From positions 1 through 61,917 of the IMG/VR virus record IMGVR_UViG_3300014839_000001: a stretch of 61,917 nt of DNA. One strand, written 5' to 3'. Source of the DNA: a virus. Its lineage: Duplodnaviria; Caudoviricetes. Under the pieces are notes generated by a model, which ran no database searches, was not told the DNA's origin, and saw only the letters and a program-made list of their open reading frames with translations. The translations under genes and the position numbers were made by a program. Of this stretch, positions 1 to 9,012 are shown one piece after another (within the stretch, counting starts at the first letter, position 1; every line of letters begins with the position of its first letter).

Positions 1-123
1 ACTGAATCTTCACCCGCTCAGGTTCATAAATTTCAATCGAGCAAGCCTCGTGCTCATCGACTGTAGAAAGAGGATCACGATCAAGGTTGGGTTGCCACAT
101 ACGAATGACGCATTTGGAATCAC
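1..123. repeat. Terminal direct repeat, copy 1 (circular-assembly overlap)
   Basis: 1-123 is identical to 61795-61917; the portal reading frame is continuous across the join. Confidence 0.95.
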
Positions 124-460
124 GCATCGCGTTTCTGTAAATTTCATTGATCTTCGGAGCCCACGACTTTTGAATCGCGGCATTCAACTCACCATCAACT
201 GTAACGTCGCCACTCGCCACATGCGGCAAGCCTATGAACTGAACCGACGTATCAATGATCGGTCGGCAGAAGAAGCCACCGAGGTTCGAATCGCCGCCAT
301 CGTTACGATAGAGCTGCCTTGCCATATCGTAATCGATGTGGGTTTTGTCATACGCCGGAGCGTTAGGAAAAAATGCGTCCCTCAACGTGCGATATGGCAC
401 CCGCATACCGCGTGATGCCACAACGAACATTTCTGAAATCCAGCGAAATGGGTTTTTCAT
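1..460 (-). CDS. Portal protein, N-terminal part (continues at 61794..60701; about 517 aa total)
   Basis: ATG at 460 overlaps the TGA of the 457..1050 ORF; open frame MKNPFRWISEMF...MRDSKCVIRMWQPN joins the 60701..61894 ORF; lies between terminase and head genes. Confidence 0.8.
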   Translation of the reverse strand, partial: MKNPFRWISEMFVVASRGMRVPYRTLRDAFFPNAPAYDKTHIDYDMARQLYRNDGGDSNLGGFFCRPIIDTSVQFIGLPHVASGDVTVDGELNAAIQKSWAPKINEIYRNAMRDSKCVIRMWQPNLDRDPLSTVDEHEACSIEIYEPERVKIQ

Positions 461-1050
461 CCTTGTCCTTTCGCAGCAACCATGACGGTTTCAACCTCTT
501 GCATAAGTTCAGCAATTTTCATTTGCGTTTCCAGCGGCAATGCTTCGATACGGCTGAAGAAATTGTCTGAAAGATCGACTTCTTCCCGCTTCGTGACTTG
601 ACTTTCAGTTTTACTGACCTTGGACATTCCAGCGCGGTCAAGAATGTCATTCAGGCACTTACGAGCTATCTCGTCATCGCCCGTATGCCGCGCGATCTCC
701 ATCAGCATTTCGATGGCTTCAATTACATAACTCTTCAGTAACTTGACACCGCCATCGATCATGTCAGCCTGAAGCTTCGCAACGCGTTCGGCCATATTCT
801 TGTCTTCGGCAAACCACTTCTTGATAACGCTGGTCTGAACCCGGAGATTGTCAGAAATGTAGCGGTAGGAATAATCCGCGGATTTCAAGAAAACGGCATG
901 AGCCTTTTTCCACTCAAGCGTCGAAGCATCCATTTCGCTCTCGTCAGTGATCTTGCGATGCTTCCGCTGAGAGCCCAACGCGTTGCCGTCTTTGTAGCGA
1001 CGCCTGATGGCGTTGCGCTCTTCTTCGAGAGACGTTGCGTTACGCGCCAC
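457..1050 (-). CDS. HTH protein, possible terminase small subunit
   Basis: HTH-like segment YSYRYISDNLRVQTSVIKKW and ILDRAG motif; sits between TerL and portal. Confidence 0.5.
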   Translation of the reverse strand: MARNATSLEEERNAIRRRYKDGNALGSQRKHRKITDESEMDASTLEWKKAHAVFLKSADYSYRYISDNLRVQTSVIKKWFAEDKNMAERVAKLQADMIDGGVKLLKSYVIEAIEMLMEIARHTGDDEIARKCLNDILDRAGMSKVSKTESQVTKREEVDLSDNFFSRIEALPLETQMKIAELMQEVETVMVAAKGQG

Positions 1051-2755
1051 TTGAAATCACGTTCCCTGTTCGTGCAAAGAGTTCACCAGCGGATTGTGAC
1101 AAAACCGTGTACGGCTTTTTCATCATAGCCGTCTCACAGAACATTTCAGCGTGATGCCAGTGATCGGGATTTTTGTTCTTTCGCCACCGAGCCACAAATC
1201 GCCCTCTCGTGTCCTCTTCCTCGACGCGTACTTGCTGCGTCATCTGATGATAGTAGCCGTTGAATTCCAAGTTCGGCATATTTTCACCTTGCAGGCGTGC
1301 ATCCACCGGCAAGACAAGACGACCGTGCATGATCCGATCTCGTGACGCGTCAAAGGCACACGTTCGGTCAATTGAAACCTTGCCGACAGCACCCGTACCA
1401 GGAACATTAAAAAGCGCCGTCTCAGCCTGGTCAGGACGGTCAAACTCAAAGCCGATCCAGACCCGCTTGTGATACTTCAATGCAAGCCTCTTTGCCTGAG
1501 TCTTTTCAGGATGGGCATCGATGACGCATGTAAAGCTGTTCAGGTTAGAAAGAAATTCATCAAGCTGCATCCACATATCTTTGCCCGGTTTGTCACTAAA
1601 AATGATGAACTTCCAAGCCATAGCCCGATCGTCCTTACTCAAGTAATTCACGCGGCAATGCAGAACCGAACCTACATCGACTCCGATATAGGCTGGCCCG
1701 ATCGCCATTCCGCCACCGTAGTAGCCCTTCCCAATGCAGGCGTCGAGCATTTCCGCAGTGATCTTGTCACCATGCGCCACATAAGGCTCGCCACGGTTGT
1801 TGTTGTACCAAGCCCGCATCTTTTTCACGTCGCGCAAACCATCGAAGTAATTCTTCATGAATCCTTCGATTGACTTGGTTGGAGAGTTAAGCTGGCTGAT
1901 GTGATAGCCGCGCTTTGTACCGTTAGGGTTGTCGGCTTCCCAAGAGCCAAAAGCGTTGGCCAGTGCGCGGTCAGCGTCAGAGATCGCTTTCTTGCAAAAG
2001 GCGCAGCGAAGGAAGCACTCCTCAGCCACTTCTCCGATGACAACATTCTCATCGACTGTAAAGTTCTGTCTGCGACCGCAATGAGGACAAGGTACAAACC
2101 ATCGATGCTGGTCGCTCATCTTCCAAGCGTCATCGGCATCTACACCTATGCCCGGAGCGGTCGGTGTGGACAGTTCTACGACACGATGTATGAGAGAACC
2201 GTCGAGCCTCGCTTCGGCTTCTGGAATGTTTTCTTCCACCATTTTGTCGCGCTCATCCATTACGAGAACGTCAGACGGAATCTCTCGCAATTCCGTCCAG
2301 ATATTCGTGCCTCTAATTCGGAAGGCAATATCGTCAATGGATTGCTTATGCAACCTGTTATCCACCGATTTAAAGATGTGCGCCAGCTCGTCGTTGGAAT
2401 TGATGATCGGATCGATGCGACCTTGCACGAATGGAATTGCACCGGTCTTGAGTGGCATCAGGTACAGGTGGTGCCATTTCCTTTTCACTACCCAGTTGAA
2501 ACTTCTTACCAAAAACGCTGTTGTCAACCCGACCTGCGCACCCTTCGGAATGACAATCCACTCCGATTCGTCACGCATAATTCCAATTTGGTACTCACGA
2601 CCCCTAATATCCCAGTTATGGCCATCTACTTTCAAGCTTAGCGCTTCGGCCCATTTGTCAGGATATACACCAGACTGTATGCGCGCCAAACTCATCGATG
2701 ACATTGATGATGGTACGTGAGGTTTCCGTATTGCGTCTTTGGTCTTGCGAGCCAT
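1040..2755 (-). CDS. Terminase large subunit, lambda gpA-like
   Basis: KGAQVGLT Walker A variant, VLVMDE Walker B, STPT motif, VPCPHCG...CAFC Zn motif, IGVDVG nuclease motif, C-terminal DHWHHA. Confidence 0.9.
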   Translation of the reverse strand: MARKTKDAIRKPHVPSSMSSMSLARIQSGVYPDKWAEALSLKVDGHNWDIRGREYQIGIMRDESEWIVIPKGAQVGLTTAFLVRSFNWVVKRKWHHLYLMPLKTGAIPFVQGRIDPIINSNDELAHIFKSVDNRLHKQSIDDIAFRIRGTNIWTELREIPSDVLVMDERDKMVEENIPEAEARLDGSLIHRVVELSTPTAPGIGVDADDAWKMSDQHRWFVPCPHCGRRQNFTVDENVVIGEVAEECFLRCAFCKKAISDADRALANAFGSWEADNPNGTKRGYHISQLNSPTKSIEGFMKNYFDGLRDVKKMRAWYNNNRGEPYVAHGDKITAEMLDACIGKGYYGGGMAIGPAYIGVDVGSVLHCRVNYLSKDDRAMAWKFIIFSDKPGKDMWMQLDEFLSNLNSFTCVIDAHPEKTQAKRLALKYHKRVWIGFEFDRPDQAETALFNVPGTGAVGKVSIDRTCAFDASRDRIMHGRLVLPVDARLQGENMPNLEFNGYYHQMTQQVRVEEEDTRGRFVARWRKNKNPDHWHHAEMFCETAMMKKPYTVLSQSAGELFARTGNVISSGA

Positions 2756-2805
2756 GTGCCACCTACTGAAATAGCGGGTTTTCGGACTATTTCAATGATA
2801 CCACC

Positions 2806-2838
2806 AAAAGAAAGGGGGGAGCTTTCGCTCCCCCCTTT
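2806..2838 (-). terminator. Intrinsic terminator upstream of terL
   Basis: AAAGGGGGAGC-GAAA-GCTCCCCCTTT followed by CTTTT on the minus strand. Confidence 0.8.
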
Positions 2839-2877
2839 AGCCCGAAACGCCACCCCTGGCTCGGCGGTGTCGTAACC

Positions 2878-2906
2878 AAAGTATCAACTGCTTGAAAAGT
2901 TGTCAA
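2878..2906 (-). promoter_or_regulatory. sigma70/sigmaA-type promoter
   Basis: TTGACA-N17-TACTTT with extended TG. Confidence 0.7.
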
Positions 2907-3091
2907 CCTGCGTCGGTCGGCAACCTATTCTTCTTGGCAAATATCTCGAAGCTGATGCTTCCTTCACGTATCTTTCCAACATGCCGCCGATCACGCGTTG
3001 GAATTGACGGAGAAGGCGACAGCCCATGCAATCGAACTGACGCGTCGTTGTAGATTACGTCCTTACTTTGATGCGGCTGTTTAACCTTCAT
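2903..3091 (-). CDS. Hypothetical protein
   Basis: Coupled ORF in a minus-strand run. Confidence 0.4.
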   Translation of the reverse strand: MKVKQPHQSKDVIYNDASVRLHGLSPSPSIPTRDRRHVGKIREGSISFEIFAKKNRLPTDAG

Positions 3092-3344
3092 CGTTCAACA
3101 AATCTCCGGGCTCGATTGTCACTGTGATTATCCTGGGCTTACCAAAGTCTTCCCATACCTGAAGTGGAATTTCAACTTTCGACCCAGGTATTTCGCCGTC
3201 CTGACGAGGCTCGTTGTAATCGGGATTGACAAACCATCGCATGAGCCCGTCTCTGACATCATGACAAGTTCCGTTGTCATGAAGAACGCATTGCTTACGC
3301 AGTAACTTGTTTTCAGTTGTCTTAACGTCCACTTCCGCTGCCAT
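3081..3344 (-). CDS. Hypothetical protein (start revised to MAAEVDVK)
   Basis: GAGGAGGGG RBS before ATG 3344. Confidence 0.55.
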   Translation of the reverse strand: MAAEVDVKTTENKLLRKQCVLHDNGTCHDVRDGLMRWFVNPDYNEPRQDGEIPGSKVEIPLQVWEDFGKPRIITVTIEPGDLLNDEG

Positions 3345-3696
3345 GCAACTTCCCCTCCTCTTTACGTTGAGCCAATTTGTCAAGGTTCTTCTGCATGATC
3401 TCTGATAAGCCATAACCCAACTCGTTAGCAAGGACGGCAACATACCACTGAACGTCGCCAAGCTCTTTCACTAATTTCAATCTGCGTTCAAAGGTAAGTT
3501 CGCCGTCGTCATCCCGCAGCGATTTGCCTACCTCCTCTGCAATCTCGCCTGCCTCACCATTTAATTTCAATGTCAAGTACGACAATCGAAGCAAGTTGGC
3601 AACTTCGTTGTCAGTAGCTTCTTCTACAAAATCGTCTACGCTGTCTCCGAAGACGGCAGTTGAAATTGCTTTGCGTTGATAATCACCTGTGTCCAT
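3322..3696 (-). CDS. mazG: MazG-like nucleotide pyrophosphohydrolase
   Basis: GEAGEIAE and KELGDVQWYVAVLA motifs, NLDKL..R; GGAGGAG RBS before ATG 3696. Confidence 0.88.
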   Translation of the reverse strand: MDTGDYQRKAISTAVFGDSVDDFVEEATDNEVANLLRLSYLTLKLNGEAGEIAEEVGKSLRDDDGELTFERRLKLVKELGDVQWYVAVLANELGYGLSEIMQKNLDKLAQRKEEGKLHGSGSGR

Positions 3697-3907
3697 GCTC
3701 CTCCAATTCGTCGATGTCAGCCAAGGTACGACTAAAAGCGCGAGCCTCGATAGCTTCGCGCTCCTCATCGGTAAGCAGAAGACTTGAAAACAAAGATTCG
3801 AGCCCGAGATCACGAACTAGCCTATCGTTACCTAAATCGAGATCGTCAATGAACTGTTCGGTCGCCCGCTGTAGTTCATCAAGCACTTTTTTTGTCAAGT
3901 CGTCCAA
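3683..3907 (-). CDS. Hypothetical acidic protein
   Basis: AGGAG RBS; overlaps the mazG start. Confidence 0.55.
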   Translation of the reverse strand: MDDLTKKVLDELQRATEQFIDDLDLGNDRLVRDLGLESLFSSLLLTDEEREAIEARAFSRTLADIDELEEHGHR

Positions 3908-4134
3908 CTTACTGATCTCCTGAAAGCGTTGTCAATTCCAGGCAGATAAAGGCAAAAAAGGTCAGCCTGCTTCCTGACAAGAGATATGTCCCGATCTGTT
4001 ATCACGCGGCTCATGCCCTGTGCCTTCTCCTCTCTATTGAAATATAAGCGGGGCGGCATCCTCCACCAGTCATGATAGAAACACCGCCCCGCTATGCGCC
4101 TCCCAGCGCATCGACAGTGCTATCTGCCTCGGCC

Positions 4135-4164
4135 ATTATATCGCGCAAGGGCAAGAGAAGGCAA
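4135..4164 (-). promoter_or_regulatory. sigma70-type promoter
   Basis: TTGCCT-N18-TATAAT. Confidence 0.6.
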
Positions 4165-4443
4165 GCTCGCGTTACCGTCGAGCCCACTCCTCCCGAGTTT
4201 TCCCATAGAGGAGTACCCAGCGCAACTCTGCCCCTGCGTTTGACTTGGCTGATTCCCGTTCCTTCCGCCTCTGGCACCAAGTCATACGGACGGGCAGGCT
4301 CATTGTAGCCCCTCACAGCTTCGCTGGCAAGAGGAATGAGCCAAACCCTGGTGATCTCTGCAAGAGAGTGTATCCCGCCGCTGCGAGCTTCCTGCGCGTT
4401 CCTGTCCGTTAGTTCAAGTTAGCCCCGTAAGTTGAACTAACGG
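4159..4443. ncRNA. Candidate multi-stem structured RNA, class unknown
   Basis: Nested inverted repeats: AAGCTCGC/GCGAGCTT, ACTCCTC/GAGGAGT, CTGCCC/GGGCAG, TGACTTGG/CCAAGTCA, GGCTCATT/AATGAGCC, 12-bp CCGTTAGTTCAA/TTGAACTAACGG. Confidence 0.4.
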
Positions 4444-4596
4444 CGTTCCTTGTTTCGACTTGTTTCAAGTTGCGTCTTCGGCTGATTTCTAGTCTTTGTC
4501 TCGGCTGATTCACAGTATGTAGTTCCCAATCCTGTTTTTTCCCCAAAAAGAAATTTCACGATGGCCATCATCGTGTTCTACTCGTTTCTGTCTTTG

Positions 4597-4763
4597 TTGA
4601 CATAAATTTGTCACTTTCGAAAGTAGACCAGCGATGTATTTGTTAGTGACAATTAATTGTCAACTTCAAGATGCGACTGGCGATATACGGGTTAGCCCCA
4701 CCCCGCCATCACTCCACCTATCGAATTTCACAATGTTTCCGGTACTTGACAATTCTTTGTCAC
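4597..4763. repeat. Three palindromic KTGACA-N6-TGTCAM sites in AT-rich non-coding DNA
   Basis: 4597-4614, 4646-4663, 4746-4763, plus further half sites to about 5090. Confidence 0.75.
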
Positions 4764-5385
4764 TTAGGCGAATGTCAATTGAAATTGAATAGGTGACAAT
4801 TATCAGGGTATTATTGACAAATTCTTTCTGACATTGCGAGGTGTGTGACTGCCCAGGGTAAGACGACATCGACAACAATGACAAAGAAAACTCTGTACCT
4901 ATATATCTATGTATGCTTAGCAGCATTCTTATCCGCTGAATTAGGGTAATTTCAACGTATCGCGGCGCGGTAGGTTATCCCTCTAATGTCACTACACAGA
5001 ACAGGCTTTGTTAGTGCAATGTCAACATAGCGCGCATGCGGCACGAATACAGGGCTACAGGGTAGCGTTGATAACGCGCGCAATGTCAACGCTACGCGCG
5101 CGCGCATACGCGCGCGAGCAGGCTACGCCATAGCAGGCATTCTCCCTAGCATGCGTACTGTTTAGCGTTTCCCTGTTTCCCGCTGATCTGGAGCCCGCAC
5201 AATGGCGCTAGCGGGCATGCGGGAACTATCCCCCGGATAGCGTCGCATTTCCCCCGCATGGGGGATCGGGCGAGCCCTTGCGTTGCCGATTCTGAGGGTA
5301 TGCGAAAACACCTTTTTAGCTACTGGCAACGCTACGCGTACCCGCTCGCACTGGTTGCGATTTACTACGCGCCGCGTTTCGTGTT

Positions 5386-5414
5386 TTGACATTCTCGCCG
5401 ATTCTTGATAGCTT
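5386..5414 (+). promoter_or_regulatory. Promoter of the plus-strand island
   Basis: TTGACA-N17-TAGCTT with extended TG. Confidence 0.7.
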
Positions 5415-5451
5415 CCCCTTGTATTCATTCACGCGAGGGAAGGAAAGAGAA

Positions 5452-5679
5452 ATGCCCGCCACAAAACGATCCTACGTCATACCGGGCGACACCCTGCCGA
5501 ACGGTGCGCTAGTCGTGGCCGCGAAAAAATGGCTAAACGAGCCAACCGGGCGCATAGTTCTATGTCTCTGGAACAGCGAATACGTGACGTGGAAAACGGA
5601 CGAGAACGGAAACGCGTTTTGGGGTAGTTACTTCGGGGACAATTTCATCGGAGCTGTTAGAGACTTCGAAGACCGCTAG
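5452..5679 (+). CDS. Hypothetical protein
   Basis: GAGGGAAGGAAAG RBS, ATG 5452; EYVTW...WGSYF motif. Confidence 0.7.
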   Translation: MPATKRSYVIPGDTLPNGALVVAAKKWLNEPTGRIVLCLWNSEYVTWKTDENGNAFWGSYFGDNFIGAVRDFEDR

Positions 5680-5731
5680 CTCGTTTGACGCGGGGAGGGT
5701 CACTCCCTCCCGCGCGTGAAATGTCAGCTAG
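5676..5731 (+). repeat. Intergenic long hairpin element, copy 1
   Basis: CTAGCT..TTTGACGCG-GGGAGGG/CCCTCCC-G-CGCGTGAAATG..AGCTAG. Confidence 0.75.
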
Positions 5732-5753
5732 TCAAACAGGGAGGGTTTTGAAA

Positions 5754-5948
5754 ATGTATCGCGTTCATCTATTCACGGAAGCGCCAGAAGAAACGACCGC
5801 CGCGCGTATCGAACGGGACACGGCATACTCGGACGGTTGGAATGATTACCAGCACGGGTACGATCCCCGCGCAGAGCCCGCCAACTATCCCGCGCCATAC
5901 ATCACGGAATATCTAAAAGGTTTCGACGACGCGCACGCCGCTAGTTGA
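5754..5948 (+). CDS. Hypothetical protein
   Basis: AGGGAGGG RBS; AYSDGW..Y and EYLKGF.D repeats. Confidence 0.65.
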   Translation: MYRVHLFTEAPEETTAARIERDTAYSDGWNDYQHGYDPRAEPANYPAPYITEYLKGFDDAHAAS

Positions 5949-5999
5949 AATTTGACGCGGCGAGCCATTACGGGCTCGCACGCGTGAAATGTCAACTAG
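5941..5999 (+). repeat. Intergenic long hairpin element, copy 2
   Basis: CTAGTTGA..TTTGACGCG-GCGAGCC/GGCTCGC-A-CGCGTGAAATG-TCAACTAG. Confidence 0.75.
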
Positions 6000-6019
6000 T
6001 CAACAGGGAGGATTTCAAA

Positions 6020-6145
6020 ATGACGGACAAGCAAGCAAAACAGCTAAGCGACTTGCTGAAAATCTATCTTCATGACTACAACGAAGACAGGTTTATGACA
6101 ATCGACGCGCTAATAAAAGACTTGCGCGAATCGCTCAACGCTTGA
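6020..6145 (+). CDS. Small hypothetical protein (41 aa)
   Basis: AGGGAGG RBS, ATG 6020. Confidence 0.55.
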   Translation: MTDKQAKQLSDLLKIYLHDYNEDRFMTIDALIKDLRESLNA

Positions 6146-6169
6146 CAAGAAAAGAAAGGTAGAGGGAAA

Positions 6170-6391
6170 ATGATCGATAACAAAACGCCAGATATGGAAC
6201 GAGCGATGCAGGGGGGTTATTCCGTCCGAGCTTATTTCATGCCTGCGCTATCAAAGCCGCAATACGTCAAGCTGGAATTAGCGCACGACGAGAACACCCT
6301 CGCGCTATTTGTCGCATCCCCTGAAAACGCGTCGGAAGCATTTCAACACCCTAGCGCGTACTCGGCCGACGTTTGCGCAATTCTCAAATAG
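6170..6391 (+). CDS. Hypothetical protein
   Basis: GAGGGA RBS. Confidence 0.55.
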   Translation: MIDNKTPDMERAMQGGYSVRAYFMPALSKPQYVKLELAHDENTLALFVASPENASEAFQHPSAYSADVCAILK

Positions 6392-6406
6392 GAAGGAACC
6401 GAACCG

Positions 6407-6601
6407 ATGTATAAAATCGTTCGAATGTATTTCAACCCGAACATTTCACGCCGCACCACAATCGAAACAGGGCTAACACTTCAGGAGGCTCAAGCGCACT
6501 GCAACAATCCCGAAACGAGTTCGAGCACTTGCACTAGTTCAACCGGGCGCGCTCGCACGCGCAGACTCGGCCCGTGGTTCGATGGATATGAGAAGACGTG
6601 A
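6407..6601 (+). CDS. Hypothetical protein
   Basis: RBS; GLTLQEAQAHC..PETSS...WFDGY phage-type motif. Confidence 0.65.
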   Translation: MYKIVRMYFNPNISRRTTIETGLTLQEAQAHCNNPETSSSTCTSSTGRARTRRLGPWFDGYEKT

Positions 6602-6712
6602 AAACGCCGAAAGAAACTAAGCGGGATGGAACAAATAGAAAACGTTCAGGAATAAAAAACCCTCGCGCTACTGGCCAACCGTTCAAACCGATTAAAGGGA
6701 GGTTTGTAAACT

Positions 6713-8779
6713 ATGCGAGCGACTGGGCACGACGCACGCACGATTGAAGACGCGATACGCGTTTTGTATTACGGTTCCCGCATGCGCGAGCATGCGCGCG
6801 ACGGATACCCTGAACCGGGAACAAATCAAACGCGGCACGTTCGAGAATATGCCGATGGACGCGTTGACGCACGATTGTCACGCGGCGAGGTTTTCAGCTA
6901 TGGCCCGCATTTCCCGCTGTTTCATTTCATACCCGCTAAAAAACGGCACCCTGCCGTTTTTGTTATCAATGGCGATATATGGCGTGGCCCGCAAAGCCGC
7001 ACAAGTGAACATCAAGCAGACACGCGGCGAATCATCGGACTAACCTTTGCCGCGTCCGTGATTATCCCGTTTTCAGCGCTAGACGGCGCAGGGATCGATT
7101 TAGATTCTATTCGACCGATCGATTCGCGCCCGGACAAGACATGGGCAGAAAAGCATTATGTCAACGCGCCCGATTTTGACGCGTTTGAAACCGCGCTCAA
7201 AATGAAAGAAACCGATGAGCGAAAATCGACCGATTATCGCGGCGAGCCCTGCGCAGAATACGGGACGTGGTCACGTACTTATACCTGGAAAATCGAAGGC
7301 CATACCTTTACTCGTGTTATCAACCGCGCGTGTTACGATTACTCGGACGGCGGTAGCTGGAAATGTTCGGACGATTGGAACAGTCCTGTTTCCGATCATC
7401 GCTATATCAACGGCGGAACAATTGAAAAAGATGCAGACGGCTACTATTTTGAAACGCGGCACCATCGGCTCGGAGATTCGATATTTTCAGCGGTGCGGCA
7501 CGAACGGCTAGCTAGCAGGTTTGCGCAACCGTTTGAATCGAACCGGGACAACGCGCGAGAAACCGTCACGCTGTTTTCATTCGAGGACAGTTATCGCTAC
7601 GATTCAGACGAGGGAAAACCTCATGAAGCAGGCGCGAACGGTTTTTGTATCAATTGCGAGTTACAACTATTTGCTGACGTGACAAAACATCGGCGGGCGC
7701 GATACATATCCTCGTTCGATTCAAACGAGCGGCAACCGCTGTATTTTTTGGCGCAATTACCGCGCGGAAAAATAGAAACCGTCGATGCAGCGATCGACGC
7801 ACTAGCACCGCGCGCCGTTCACGCTGCAATAGCTCGCGAGCGAGAAGTGTTACGGCAGGGTGATATTTTTTACATTCGCACCGATACGGATATGTCCGAG
7901 CTTACCGCGCGAGGATTTATATCCCGCGCACGGCTAACGCAATGGACGCGCGACGCTATCCCGAAACGCGGCGAGGTAGGTTTTCATAAACCGCTCACTG
8001 CAAAACAGCGCCGCGCGATGATGCGCTACGCTCGCAAGCTATACCGCGAACGCCGCGCCGAATTACATACTGCCACGGTTGCAGACTACAATGGTCAGCG
8101 GTTCCCGTTTCAACCGCGCACCGATGCAAACTCCCGCAAACACTGGCGAGACATTCGAAACAGCTACGCGGCCGAATTGACACGCGCGCAAGCCGAATTG
8201 AAAACCGCGCTATGGCGTTTGCCCGCTGCACCATACGGTTACGGCGCTTATCAATCCGGCGCTTATGCGCAAACCGATCATGAAACATTCGAACGCAAAC
8301 AAGCGGCACGCGTGCGGAAATGGAAACGACATATCTACTATGCGCGCCAATCACTAGCACGAGTACAAAAGGACGGTGCGCACGATTCGCTCGGTTTTAG
8401 AAACGCGCGACACGCACGGGACATATATCGAAAACGTGAGGGATTCGCACTAGCGCAATGGCGAGACGCGTTATTGTCCGCACGTTTGAAATTCGAGCCG
8501 TTCGCACTAGCGCATAGCGAATTCAGACAAAACGAGCGCGAGCGAGTGCGCAATGCGTTAGCTATCTACGGCACCGCGCATAGCGCGACTGAAATAGTCC
8601 GCGTGCGCGGCGGTGCTACATACGCGCGCGGGATAGCCCGGCATGTTCCCGATCTTGAGCGCGGGCGCAATGGCGGGCGCGATCATTCTCCGCTAACGTT
8701 AGGGGATGGAGAAACGTTTTATCTAGCGGTGCGCAACACGGTACCGCGTCAGAATCGGCCGCACGTCCGAAACGCGTAA
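6713..8779 (+). CDS. Large hypothetical protein with RQGD motif and C-terminal His cluster
   Basis: 688-aa ORF, AGGGAGGT RBS, LRQGDIF, H..TE, RH, DH..L.L. Confidence 0.8.
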   Translation: MRATGHDARTIEDAIRVLYYGSRMREHARDGYPEPGTNQTRHVREYADGRVDARLSRGEVFSYGPHFPLFHFIPAKKRHPAVFVINGDIWRGPQSRTSEHQADTRRIIGLTFAASVIIPFSALDGAGIDLDSIRPIDSRPDKTWAEKHYVNAPDFDAFETALKMKETDERKSTDYRGEPCAEYGTWSRTYTWKIEGHTFTRVINRACYDYSDGGSWKCSDDWNSPVSDHRYINGGTIEKDADGYYFETRHHRLGDSIFSAVRHERLASRFAQPFESNRDNARETVTLFSFEDSYRYDSDEGKPHEAGANGFCINCELQLFADVTKHRRARYISSFDSNERQPLYFLAQLPRGKIETVDAAIDALAPRAVHAAIAREREVLRQGDIFYIRTDTDMSELTARGFISRARLTQWTRDAIPKRGEVGFHKPLTAKQRRAMMRYARKLYRERRAELHTATVADYNGQRFPFQPRTDANSRKHWRDIRNSYAAELTRAQAELKTALWRLPAAPYGYGAYQSGAYAQTDHETFERKQAARVRKWKRHIYYARQSLARVQKDGAHDSLGFRNARHARDIYRKREGFALAQWRDALLSARLKFEPFALAHSEFRQNERERVRNALAIYGTAHSATEIVRVRGGATYARGIARHVPDLERGRNGGRDHSPLTLGDGETFYLAVRNTVPRQNRPHVRNA

Positions 8780-8802
8780 CAAACACGAGGGAGAAACAAA
8801 AC

Positions 8803-9012
8803 ATGAAAACCGAAACACTGAAACAAACAGCCAACACGCAAACAGCCGCTCCCGCATGCGCTACGTGCGGCGATACGCTCGCACCGTCTGGCGCATGCCT
8901 CAACGCGGGCGCATGCCTGAACGCGGACACGGACGCGGCACGACGCGGACGAGGGGATAGCCAAAAATTCGCTATCCCGTCTGCATGGAATGCGCGGGGT
9001 ATGGTCGATTGA
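8803..9012 (+). CDS. Small Cys-containing (Zn-ribbon-like) protein
   Basis: GAGGGAG RBS; CATC...C...C. Confidence 0.55.
   Translation: MKTETLKQTANTQTAAPACATCGDTLAPSGACLNAGACLNADTDAARRGRGDSQKFAIPSAWNARGMVD

Noticed and set aside
1-123. Terminal repeat as a biological DTR
   Set aside because: It falls mid-portal; most simply an assembler overlap of a circular or permuted genome
1901-2720. Long plus-strand ORFs opposite terL (and similar ones opposite other core genes)
   Set aside because: Antisense to motif-bearing genes; no RBS or recognisable motifs
5676-5999. Integron attC sites or a CRISPR mini-array
   Set aside because: Lack RYYYAAC/GTTRRRY boxes, no integrase, only two copies separated by a gene; kept only as an unexplained hairpin motif
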